64,000 nt of DNA from an uncultured Alphaproteobacteria bacterium (GTDB lineage: Bacteria; Pseudomonadota; Alphaproteobacteria; CAWBKL01), in contig CAWBKL010000003.1 in NCBI GenBank assembly GCA_963789405.1, positions 613,452-677,451 of the forward strand, in the 5' to 3' direction. A program made the translations under genes and the position numbers. The notes under the pieces are model-generated. The model saw only the letters and a program-made list of their open reading frames with translations. It did not search any database and was not told the origin of the DNA. Numbering within the stretch: position 1 is the stretch's first letter; each line of letters begins with the position of its first letter. This document shows, one piece after another, positions 42,987 through 53,021 of this stretch.

Positions 42987-43054
42987 GATGGGGCGGTATA
43001 TAAGGCGCAGCCCCTCGATTTGGCCAGGGGCAGGGCATCGGAGGGGAGAAATCG

Positions 43055-45142
43055 ATGCGCAAGCTCGCATTCACCTTGGTTTTGGGGCTCTTCATGGCAT
43101 CACACGCGGCTCTAGCGGCCGATCCCAATCTCTGGCTCGAGGATGTCGATGGCAAGAAGGCGCTCGATTGGGTGAAGGCCCAGAACGCCCTGACGATGGG
43201 GAGTATCGGCAAGGATCCGAATTTCGCGGTCAACAAGGCCGAAGCGCTCAAGATCCTGACCGCCAAGGATCGCATCCCGATGCCGAGCTTCCGCGGCGGC
43301 TATATCTATAATTTCTGGCAGGATGACGAGCACGTCAAAGGTATCTGGCGGCGCACGACCCTGAAAAGCTACGAGACGGCCGATCCCCAATGGGACACGC
43401 TGCTCGATATCGATGCGCTGGCCAAGAAGGACGGCAAAAGCTGGGTCTATAAGGGCGTGAACTGCCTGCCGCCCGATTTCAATCGCTGCCTCGTCTATCT
43501 CTCGGATGGCGGTAAGGATGCGAAATACGTGCGCGAGTTCGATATTCCGTCGCGCTCCTTCGTTGAAGGCGGTTTCTCGCTCGACGAGGCTAAGCAGGAT
43601 ACCGATTGGATCGACAAAGACACGCTGGTCGTTGCGCGCGCGCTCAAACCGGATGAAGAAACGACATCGGGCTATGCACGTGTCGTGCGTCTCCTTCATC
43701 GCGGCAAGAAGCTCGCGGACGAGAAGGTCATCTACCAAGCACCCAAGACTTATGTTGCCGCAGGCGGCTCGGTTCTTTGGCACAATGGCGAGAAAGTCGT
43801 TTTGCTCAGCCGCGCGCCGGACTTCTTTCACAGCGAATATGCGGTGCTGAATTCAAGCGGCAAGGTCGTCAATCTGCCGTTGCCGAAAGATTGCGATGTG
43901 CAGGGATTCTATTCCGGTGAGCTGATCATCTCGCTACGGAGCGATTGGAAAGTCGGCGACACGACATATCCGGCGGGCGCCTATGTATCGTTTGCGCTTG
44001 CGCCGGTGGTTGCCGGAAAGGCGCCCGAGCCGAAGCTTCTGTTCACGCCGACTGCGACGCGCGCGGCGCAAGGCCTGGCGGTGGCCAAGGATGCCGTCTA
44101 TCTCAGCGTGCTCGACAATGTCATCGGCAAGGTCGAAGCCTATCGCCTGAAAAGCGGGGCCTGGTCGGGCAAGCAGATGGAGATTGGCGATAAAGGAAGT
44201 GTCGATCTTGCAGCGGCATCGCCCTTCGAGTCGCGCGTCTTTGTGACCTACGAAGATTTTCTCACACCGGCTCAACTGCTCAGCTGGGGCGCGCATGGCG
44301 ATAAGCCTGAGACGCTCAAATCTCTGCCTGCGCGTTTCGATGCGAGCGGACTTGAAGTCTTTCAGATTCACGCAAAGAGCAAAGACGGCACGCTGGTTCC
44401 GTATTTCCTTGTGCGCAAGAAAGGCGCGGCAGGTCCGCTGCCGACATTGCTATACGGCTATGGCGGATTCGAGGATTCGCTGACGCCCTATTATCCGACG
44501 ATCACCGGCAAGCTGTGGCTCGAGCATGGCTATCAATACGCGCTCGCCAATATTCGTGGCGGCGGCGAGTTTGGGCCGAAATGGCATCAAGCTGCACTCA
44601 AAGAGCATCGTCAGCGCGCTTATGATGATTTCGAAGCGATTGCCGAAGATCTGATTGCGCGCGGTTACACCAAACCCAAAGAGCTGGGCATCATGGGCGG
44701 CAGCAATGGCGGCTTGCTCGTCGGCGTTGCAATGACGCAGCGGCCCGATCTTTTCAATGCCGTCGTGTGCGAGGTGCCGCTTCTGGATATGCTGCGCTAC
44801 ACCAAGCTGCAGGCCGGCGCGAGCTGGATCGGCGAATATGGCGATCCTGCAATTCCCAAGGACCGCGCGTATCTTGAGAAGTATTCGCCATATCAGAATC
44901 TAAAGCCCGGCGTTCAATATCCGGTGCCGCTGATCTGGACCTCGACCCGCGATGATCGCGTTGGGCCCGCTCAGGCCCGCAAATTCGCGGCGAAGATGAT
45001 CGAGCAGAAGCACAAGCTTTATTATTTCGAGGAAATCGAAGGCGGGCATTCGGCGGGCGCCGATCTCAACCAGGCCGCCGAGCACTATGCGCTCGAGTTC
45101 ACCTATCTCCGGGAGAGGCTCGCAGGGGCGGGCAGCAATTAA
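43055..45142 (+). CDS. Prolyl oligopeptidase (S9A), exported
   Basis: Signal peptide, WLEDVDG, YGYGGF, NIRGGGEFG, GGSNGG nucleophile, DDRV, GGH. Confidence 0.93.
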   Translation: MRKLAFTLVLGLFMASHAALAADPNLWLEDVDGKKALDWVKAQNALTMGSIGKDPNFAVNKAEALKILTAKDRIPMPSFRGGYIYNFWQDDEHVKGIWRRTTLKSYETADPQWDTLLDIDALAKKDGKSWVYKGVNCLPPDFNRCLVYLSDGGKDAKYVREFDIPSRSFVEGGFSLDEAKQDTDWIDKDTLVVARALKPDEETTSGYARVVRLLHRGKKLADEKVIYQAPKTYVAAGGSVLWHNGEKVVLLSRAPDFFHSEYAVLNSSGKVVNLPLPKDCDVQGFYSGELIISLRSDWKVGDTTYPAGAYVSFALAPVVAGKAPEPKLLFTPTATRAAQGLAVAKDAVYLSVLDNVIGKVEAYRLKSGAWSGKQMEIGDKGSVDLAAASPFESRVFVTYEDFLTPAQLLSWGAHGDKPETLKSLPARFDASGLEVFQIHAKSKDGTLVPYFLVRKKGAAGPLPTLLYGYGGFEDSLTPYYPTITGKLWLEHGYQYALANIRGGGEFGPKWHQAALKEHRQRAYDDFEAIAEDLIARGYTKPKELGIMGGSNGGLLVGVAMTQRPDLFNAVVCEVPLLDMLRYTKLQAGASWIGEYGDPAIPKDRAYLEKYSPYQNLKPGVQYPVPLIWTSTRDDRVGPAQARKFAAKMIEQKHKLYYFEEIEGGHSAGADLNQAAEHYALEFTYLRERLAGAGSN

Positions 45143-45156
45143 CGCTTTGCCGCTCG

Positions 45157-45396
45157 TCAGTTGGATTGCGGCTTGCGCTCATTGTGGTGGCCGATATAGC
45201 CGCCGGCCGCAGCGCCGACGAGACCGCCGACCACGGCGCCGGTTGCAACGGTTCCGCCGGCAACCGCAACTGCTGCAGCGCCAACACCTGCGCCGACTAA
45301 GCCACCGCTCAACACGCCTTCCGCCGTCGAGTGAAGGCTTGCGCAGCCCGATGACATTAAGGTTGCAGCCAGAGCCAGAACCGCGAAGCGACGCAT
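45157..45396 (-). CDS. Glycine-zipper small lipoprotein
   Basis: Lipobox-like MSSGC and repeated GxxxG (GGLVGAGVGAAA...GAVVGGLVGAAAGG). Purine-rich RBS upstream. Confidence 0.72.
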   Translation of the reverse strand: MRRFAVLALAATLMSSGCASLHSTAEGVLSGGLVGAGVGAAAVAVAGGTVATGAVVGGLVGAAAGGYIGHHNERKPQSN

Positions 45397-45477
45397 GACC
45401 TCTTCTCCTCACAAGAATGCGCCCGCGTGCCGCTTGACGAACGCTCATCAAAGCGACAGGCGGCCCCGTATTCTTGG

Positions 45478-45506
45478 TGAATTGATTCGCTGCGCTAATC
45501 AATTCA
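45478..45506. promoter_or_regulatory. Perfect 10-9-10 inverted repeat TGAATTGATT-N9-AATCAATTCA, candidate operator
   Basis: Read directly. A third GAATTGATT half-site lies at 45563-45571. Confidence 0.55.
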
Positions 45507-45585
45507 ATTGCGTGTGCGCCGCATCGCGGCTTTTGCCTTGTCAGGTGCAACGCTCTTTGTACGAATTGATTGGTTGCGCTTCCGC

Positions 45586-45790
45586 AAAAAGGTAAACGGG
45601 CGCCGCGAGCGCAAGGGCCGCCCCACGATTACCCGTGTCCCTAGCGCATCAAGCGACGCCCGTGTCCCGCAAAGGCGGACTTAATTCCGCCCCAGCCTGC
45701 CCTTACGGGAACCTCGGCCCATCCCACAACATTGCTCCTGGTAGCAGAGAACGGGCCACGGCTAACCGTTTCGAATTGAGAGGTTTTTGG
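45586..45790. ncRNA. Candidate structured RNA of unknown family (strand uncertain; minus favoured)
   Basis: Multiple hairpins: GGCGGA/TCCGCC 45674-45691, CCC-TTAC-GGG, GGCCC/GGGCC enclosing TGCT/AGCA. A stem at 45591-45633 next to A5 would act as a minus-strand terminator. Confidence 0.35.
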
Positions 45791-45880
45791 GCGCCGCGCG
45801 CCGGCACTCCCGCTGCGCGTGTGCGTACCCTACGGCAAATCGCCCTTGGAGCGCTGATGGCGCGCTCTTAGGATTGGGTA

Positions 45881-46354
45881 ATGAGCCAGATTGAACATAT
45901 CGAAGGCGAGCCCGCCGTCATCATTCGTCCAGAGCGCACGCTCGACATCTTAAGAGGCACCTGCCGCCTGCTCGTCGATCTCGGCGCATCGCCAATCCTG
46001 GAATGGACGCTCGCCAATGGCCGCCGCGCCGATATCGCTGCGCTCGATCTTAACGGTGATATCGTTATCGTCGAGGTCAAATCTTGCCGCGAGGATTTCG
46101 AGTCGGACAACAAGTGGCAGGACTATCTCGAGTTCGCCGACAGATTCTATTTCGCGGTTGATCGCGATTTTCCGCAGGAGCTGCTGCCTGAGGAATGCGG
46201 CCTGATCGTTAGCGACAGGTATGGCGGCGCCATTTTGCGCGAGAGCCCGCGAATCCCGCTTGCGTCGGCGCGGCGTAAAGCTGCGATGCTCCGCTTCGCA
46301 CGTCATGCGGCTGACCGGTTAATTCTCGCAACCGTGCTGCGCTCTGAGGGCTAG
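45881..46354 (+). CDS. mmcB: DNA repair putative endonuclease MmcB
   Basis: LANGRRADI...IVEVKS..DF.SDNKWQDYLEFADRFYFAV (PD-(D/E)xK type). Confidence 0.9.
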   Translation: MSQIEHIEGEPAVIIRPERTLDILRGTCRLLVDLGASPILEWTLANGRRADIAALDLNGDIVIVEVKSCREDFESDNKWQDYLEFADRFYFAVDRDFPQELLPEECGLIVSDRYGGAILRESPRIPLASARRKAAMLRFARHAADRLILATVLRSEG

Positions 46355-47562
46355 AGCGTTTCGTCGATGATGGGGCCTGAAAGCAGGCGCACGCCGGCAC
46401 GGCGGGCAATGACCAGCGTCTTTTGAGTCTGAAGCTCCGAAAGGATAACGCCCAGTGGCCCGAAGCGCGCCAAGAGGCGCTTTATCGCCTCCGCATCGCG
46501 CACCTCGATCTCGCGTGGATGGCTGATTTCGACCAAGCGCAGATTCGAAAGTCCGCGCTCGAGCTCTGCCATTTCCGCAAGCTGCAGCCCGGCAACCCCG
46601 AGCTCATAACCGCGCGCGGCCAGGAAGGATTTGAGATAGGTGATGGTGTCCGGCCGCTCGCGCATTTCGTGGGCGTGGAAGACGACGCGCGGCTTGCCTT
46701 CTTTCAGCCCGGTCATATGGCGATCGAAGAGAAGAAATTCCGGGCTCATCAGCGCTTCAGCGTGCAGCGCGATGATCTGATTTGGGCGGCTTTCGATCTT
46801 GATATGCTCGCCGATCGCGGAAAGCAGCACGCGTTCGACATCGCCAAGAGCCGCTTCCGGCTCGATCTGATGCCGGGCAATTGCCATCGACAGTGAGTCA
46901 AAGGCATCGACTGCTTCCACGCGGACCGCCATGCGCGTGCCCCATTCGCGCGCACGTCCGTCTTCGAATATGGCGATGCGGCGCGTTTCAAGCAGGCGCT
47001 CGGTCGCGATCTGTCCCTGCGAGGTTTGAATGTGCCCGGCTAGAGAATCGGATTTTGCGCGATCCTGCATTTCCTCGCGTGACAGCATCAGGCGCTCGCC
47101 CAGCCCTGCGGGCTGCTTCGAGGCCGGAATGCCCGCCTCGGCCAGTTCGCCATTTACCGCTGCATTCACGCGCGACATGAAGGTGTCGTACTGATCCGTC
47201 ATGTCGAACGTGGTCAGGAAGACGTGCGTGCCCTCGGTGTCGGCGCGCTTCATCAAAGGATCTCTGGCAAAGGAGAAGTGAAGCCCAAAGACCGCCGTCT
47301 CGACCTCGCGAAGATTTGGATCTTTGAGGCACACTACGATATCGCCGCTCGACAGCGCGAACACCTCGCCATGATATTTGTGCGCCAAGGGGGTCAGGTG
47401 GCTGGCGGCAAGCTGAATGTCGGAAGCGTCGCGGTTCTGGCGCTCGAGCCGCGACAAATGGAACCAAAGCGCGCGCCGCCCTGGACGGTGGCGCCCAAGC
47501 CGCCGAGCATAGTCAAGCAAAAGACCTTCCGCGCTGGGGAGGCTGGCCCGTTCTGCTTGCAC
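46351..47562 (-). CDS. Degenerate EAL-like domain protein
   Basis: N-terminal LLDYARRL...HLSRL...GEVFALSSGDIVV and C-terminal LMSPEFLLFD...GYEL...GVRLLSG resemble an alphaproteobacterial degenerate-EAL family. No DDFGTG motif. Confidence 0.5.
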   Translation of the reverse strand: MQAERASLPSAEGLLLDYARRLGRHRPGRRALWFHLSRLERQNRDASDIQLAASHLTPLAHKYHGEVFALSSGDIVVCLKDPNLREVETAVFGLHFSFARDPLMKRADTEGTHVFLTTFDMTDQYDTFMSRVNAAVNGELAEAGIPASKQPAGLGERLMLSREEMQDRAKSDSLAGHIQTSQGQIATERLLETRRIAIFEDGRAREWGTRMAVRVEAVDAFDSLSMAIARHQIEPEAALGDVERVLLSAIGEHIKIESRPNQIIALHAEALMSPEFLLFDRHMTGLKEGKPRVVFHAHEMRERPDTITYLKSFLAARGYELGVAGLQLAEMAELERGLSNLRLVEISHPREIEVRDAEAIKRLLARFGPLGVILSELQTQKTLVIARRAGVRLLSGPIIDETL

Positions 47563-47606
47563 GCCGCGTAACTCCGTTACTTTGCGTAGAGATTAGCCAG
47601 CTGGGA

Positions 47607-47622
47607 TTTAGGCCTCGTTAAC
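47607..47622 (+). promoter_or_regulatory. Candidate CtrA-type site
   Basis: TTTA-GGCCTCG-TTAAC, one mismatch from TTAA-N7-TTAAC, in the divergent EAL-like/hldE intergenic region. Confidence 0.35.
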
Positions 47623-47690
47623 GCAACCTCCGGCGGTCGCAAGGGCATTAAAAGTCGTGGTAGAAAGCCGAGTCTGGTAAAGGGCGTCTT

Positions 47691-49169
47691 ATGGCCAATC
47701 TTGGTTATCTTGCTCCGTTCGTGCCGCGCTTCGCCGATGCGCGCCTCTTGTGTATCGGCGACCTCATGCTGGACCGCTATGTGATCGGCCAGGTGGAGCG
47801 TGTGTCGCCCGAGGCGCCTATCCCGGTCGTGGCGATTTCGAGCATGCGCTCGATGGCTGGTGCTACGGGCAACGTCGCGCGCAACATCGCCGCGCTCGGG
47901 GGCGAGGTCTCGCTTATTGGCGTTGTCGGCGATGATGAGGAGGGCCGCGAGCTGATCCGCCTGTTCAGCGACGATACCCAGATCATCCCGAACCTCATCA
48001 CCGTGCCGGCCCGAGCGACCACGCTTAAGATGCGCTTTGTTGCCTCGGGCCAGCAGCTTCTGCGCGCGGATCGCGAGGTTATCCAGTCGATCCCCGAGGC
48101 CGCAGAAGACCAGGTGCTCGCGGCCTATGAAGACGAGCTTGAGGATGCGACGCTTGTCGTCGTTTCGGATTACGCCAAGGGCATGCTGACCGACCGCGTG
48201 CTTCGCGAGGTGATTGCGCTCGCCAAAGCTGCCGGCAAGCCTGTGATCGTCGATCCCAAGTCTATGCGGCTCAGGCGCTATTCCGGCGCCTCGATCATCA
48301 AACCCAATGCGCGCGAGCTGGCGCGGGCGACCGGGGAGCCGTGTTCGACCGAGGCCGAGATTGCGGCGGCGGCGGCGCACGTGTTTGCGGATGCCGATAT
48401 CGAGGCGCTTTTGATCACGCGCGATGAGAGCGGCATGATGCTGATCGAGCGCGACGGCGAGGCGATGAGCTTGGGTTCGCGCGCCGGCGAAGTGTTCGAT
48501 ACGTCAGGCGCTGGGGACACGACGATCGCGACGCTCGCATTGGGGCTTGCCATTGGCCTTGGGCGGCGCGATGCGGTTGCGCTTGCCAATGAGGCCGCTG
48601 GAATCGCGGTCGGCAAACGCGGCACCGCCGTCGTCTTTCCTCAGGAGCTGACGGCTGCTTTGCACGCAACCGATCTCAGGGATGCGGGCCTCAAGATCAA
48701 GGATACCGCGCCCGCGGTCGATCAGGTTGAGCAATGGCGCGCGGCAGGCTTGCGTGTCGGCTTCACCAACGGCGTGTTCGACCTCATTCACACCGGCCAT
48801 GTTGCGCTTTTGGGTGAGGCGCGCGCGCAATGTGACCGGCTGATTGTCGGGCTCAATACCGATGCCTCGACCAAGCGGCTCAAGGGCGACGGCAGGCCGA
48901 AGAATCCGGAGATGGCGCGAGCCGTGGTGCTCGCCTCGATGCAGACCGTGGACATGGTTGTCTTGTTCGATGAAGACACGCCGATTCGCCTGATCGAAGC
49001 GTTCCGGCCGGACGTGTTGATCAAAGGCTCGGACTACACGGCCGAGACGGTTGTCGGTGCCGATTTCGTGCAGAGTTATGGCGGTCGCTTGCATCTTGCC
49101 AAGCTCGTGCCCGACACATCGACAACACGCATGATCGCCAAGATTAAACGCGAAGACCCGGTCGATTGA
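47691..49169 (+). CDS. hldE: Bifunctional heptose 7-phosphate kinase / heptose 1-phosphate adenylyltransferase
   Basis: GDLMLDRY...RVSPEAPIPV, SDYAKG, DPK, KPN, GAGDT; then FTNGVFDLIHTGH, GLNTD, KGSDY. Confidence 0.95.
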   Translation: MANLGYLAPFVPRFADARLLCIGDLMLDRYVIGQVERVSPEAPIPVVAISSMRSMAGATGNVARNIAALGGEVSLIGVVGDDEEGRELIRLFSDDTQIIPNLITVPARATTLKMRFVASGQQLLRADREVIQSIPEAAEDQVLAAYEDELEDATLVVVSDYAKGMLTDRVLREVIALAKAAGKPVIVDPKSMRLRRYSGASIIKPNARELARATGEPCSTEAEIAAAAAHVFADADIEALLITRDESGMMLIERDGEAMSLGSRAGEVFDTSGAGDTTIATLALGLAIGLGRRDAVALANEAAGIAVGKRGTAVVFPQELTAALHATDLRDAGLKIKDTAPAVDQVEQWRAAGLRVGFTNGVFDLIHTGHVALLGEARAQCDRLIVGLNTDASTKRLKGDGRPKNPEMARAVVLASMQTVDMVVLFDEDTPIRLIEAFRPDVLIKGSDYTAETVVGADFVQSYGGRLHLAKLVPDTSTTRMIAKIKREDPVD

Positions 49170-49175
49170 TCGCGC

Positions 49176-49997
49176 TTAAATAGCGCTGCGCGTTTGCATT
49201 TGCAGACGCGTCCATACGGCCCACGAGCCGAGCCGGGCGAGCCAGCCTTGCGGCTTCGCGCCGACCGCGAGCGCGATCATCTGCGCGGCTTTCTTGACGT
49301 GGTGCTTGCGGTACATGCGTGCCACACGATCCGTATACGCACCGGCCGAGGTCTTGCGATCGTAAGGTGATTTGCCGATCTCACTGGCCGGCGTGTTGCC
49401 GCAATAAAAGGCGTAGGCGAGCTCGTCATCCTCGGCTTCGGAGACGCGCGAAGCGGCAACGGCCAGGCGCTTCAAGAACGGCACATGCTCGTGGCTTTGC
49501 TTGAGCAGTGTTTCATAGAACAGCTTGTAATGGCGAAACTCGTCGGCCGCGATATTGGCGGCAATCTCTTTGAGCACCGGCTCCTCAGTGCAATCGCGCA
49601 TCGCCGAGTAATAGGAGGAGGTGCCGGATTCGACGACACAACGCGAGATCATCTCGCCGGAGCGGCTGCCGCGCACCGAGCCGCCATCCTTCGGCGGCGG
49701 AACCTTGTAGCCGGCGCGAAACGCTTCCATCGCCTTGGCGAAGCTGAAGCTTGGGTCGGCCAGCTCCGCCCAGCGCCCGAGCGCATCGCCATGTTGGATT
49801 TCCTCGATGCCCCATTGCTCGATATCGGCGATGGTTTCCGCATCGCCTTTGAAAACCTCGCGTAGGTAGTCGACATAGTCGGAGGCATTGCCTTCGACCA
49901 GCGAGGCGGCTTTGACCGCGCGCAGCAGCTCGAGGTCGACCTTCGAAGCGTCGAACCGGTCCCAATGAATGCTTTCAAGCGTCCAATGCGGCTTCAT
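49176..49997 (-). CDS. Ferritin-like di-iron carboxylate protein
   Basis: Ligand pattern SLVE...EEIQH...CVVE...DEFRH. Confidence 0.8.
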   Translation of the reverse strand: MKPHWTLESIHWDRFDASKVDLELLRAVKAASLVEGNASDYVDYLREVFKGDAETIADIEQWGIEEIQHGDALGRWAELADPSFSFAKAMEAFRAGYKVPPPKDGGSVRGSRSGEMISRCVVESGTSSYYSAMRDCTEEPVLKEIAANIAADEFRHYKLFYETLLKQSHEHVPFLKRLAVAASRVSEAEDDELAYAFYCGNTPASEIGKSPYDRKTSAGAYTDRVARMYRKHHVKKAAQMIALAVGAKPQGWLARLGSWAVWTRLQMQTRSAI

Positions 49998-50010
49998 GTT
50001 GCTAGGTTAG

Positions 50011-50111
50011 CTCTTCCCCAGCGTGCGGGGGAAGTGGCCCGCGAGCGCCGATGGGGGCAACTGAATCAGCGCCCCCTCCGTCGCTAATGCCTCCCCCGTA
50101 AACAGGGGAGG
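50011..50111. repeat. Palindromic intergenic element (CTCCCC/GGGGAG family)
   Basis: Hairpins CTTCCCC/GGGGAAG, GGGGGC/GCCCCC and CCTCCCC/GGGGAGG just downstream of atpC. Confidence 0.65.
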
Positions 50112-50120
50112 ACGGCCGTC

Positions 50121-50520
50121 TCAAACGTGGAGTTGCGCGCGCATGGACTGAAGGTCGGCGACGCGCTGGCGGGCATTGGCGGACTCGACGTCGCCCGAGG
50201 CCCGCTCGACATCCTTTTCGGCCGCAGCAATGAGCGCATCGAATACGGCGCCGCTCACTTCCTCCGGCTTCATCGCCTCGCTCCGCAAGCACAGTGAGCC
50301 CCGAAGGGTTGACATCGGCAAAGCCACCGGCGACGAAGACACGCTCGACGGAATTGCCCTTGTGAATCTCGACAAAGCCCGGCCGCACGGTCGACATGAC
50401 AGGCGCATGGCCGGCGAGCACGCCGAAATCGCCTTCACCGCCGGGAACCACCACCATGTCGGCGGGGCCGGAGAAGATCAGCGCCTCAGGCGTCACAAGC
50501 TCAAAATTCACGTCTGCCAT
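50121..50520 (-). CDS. atpC: F1 ATP synthase epsilon subunit (frameshift near 50280)
   Basis: FELVTPE...VVVPGGEGDFGVLAGHAP...VAGGFADV. Confidence 0.92.
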
Positions 50521-50540
50521 CTCACACTCTCACATTGATC

Positions 50541-50658
50541 ACCTCTCCCTCGATGGGAGAGGTCGGATCGCGAAAGCGATCCGGGTGAGGGTGGGGCCGC
50601 AAGCGAGAGTCTTCGATTCGACCCCTCACCCTAGCCCTCTCCCACAAGGGGAGAGGGG
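50541..50658. repeat. Palindromic intergenic element (CTCTCCC/GGGAGAG family) inside the atp operon
   Basis: ACCTCTCCC/GGGAGAGGT, CGGATCGC-GAAA-GCGATCCG, GGTGAGGG/CCCTCACC, CCCTCTCCC/GGGAGAGGG. Confidence 0.8.
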
Positions 50659-50669
50659 ACTTGCTTGCA

Positions 50670-52108
<1,439 letters not shown>

Positions 52109-52125
52109 GTTCAATCTCCCAACTC

Positions 52126-53011
52126 CTAAGCGCCTCGGCGCCCGAGATGATCTCAATGAGCTCGCGGGTGATCTGCGCCTGGCGCGTGCGGTTGCGCTCG
52201 AGCGTCAGCCGGTCGATCATGTCGCCTGCATTGCGCGTAGCGTTGTCCATCGCGGTCATTTTCGCGCCCTGCTCGCCGGCCGCGTTTTCCAGAAGCGCGC
52301 GGAAGATCTGCACACTGACATTGCGCGGCAGGATATCTTTCAGAATGTCTTCCTCGTCAGGCTCGTAATTATAGTTCGCGCCGGCAAGATCAGTGGGCTC
52401 GAGCCTCGCCGGCATGTCGGCGGGGATGAGGCGCTGGCGCGTGCGGGCGCTGCGTGATGCACGTTGACGAATTTGGAATAGAACAGCCAGCAGACATCGA
52501 ATTCGCCGGCGTTGAACATCGTCGATCACGCGGTTGCCGATGGCCTCGGCGTGCTCAAAGCGGATCTGCTTGACTTCGCGCATGTCGAGCGATGTCGACA
52601 ATCATGTCGCGAAACAGCCGCTTCAAGATATCGAAGCCCTTGCGGCCGATATGGAGGATCTTGACTGTCTTGCCCTGGCGCAGAAGCTCTTCGACGTGCA
52701 GGCGCGCCGCGCGCGCAATCGATGAGTTGAAGCCGCCGCAAAGCCCGCGATCGGCGGTCGCGACGATAACCAGATGCACATTGTCCTTGCCGGTGCCGAC
52801 CAGAAGCGGTGGCGCGCGAGGGGCTGTCTTTCATGAATGCGTCAGATTGGCGATCACGCGCTCCATGCGCTCGGCATAAGGCCGTGCCGCTTCGAGCAGC
52901 CTCTTGCGCGCGGCGCAATTTCGCCGCGGCCACCATCTGCATGGCCTTGGTGATCTTGCGCGTCGCGGTGACGCTGGTGATGCGCGTTCTGATTTCCTTA
53001 AGGCTGGCCAT
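52126..53011 (-). CDS. atpG: F1 ATP synthase gamma subunit (frameshifted)
   Basis: [11 protein letters not shown]...[49 protein letters not shown]. Confidence 0.95.
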
Positions 53012-53021
53012 TTCCGTTGCC

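Noticed and set aside
45586-45790. 6S RNA, SRP RNA, tmRNA, RNase P RNA or a cobalamin/TPP/FMN/SAM riboswitch
   Set aside because: None of their conserved signature sequences was recognisable, so the region is kept only as an unknown candidate.
45760-45915. LexA (GTTC-N7-GTTC / GAAC-N7-GAAC) box upstream of mmcB
   Set aside because: It was expected from Caulobacter biology, but only isolated GAAC half-sites are present.
46740-46780. Literal 'EAL' tripeptide (HAEALMSP) as the catalytic EAL motif
   Set aside because: It falls at the position of a later strand-helix element, not the first strand of the domain, so it is probably coincidental.
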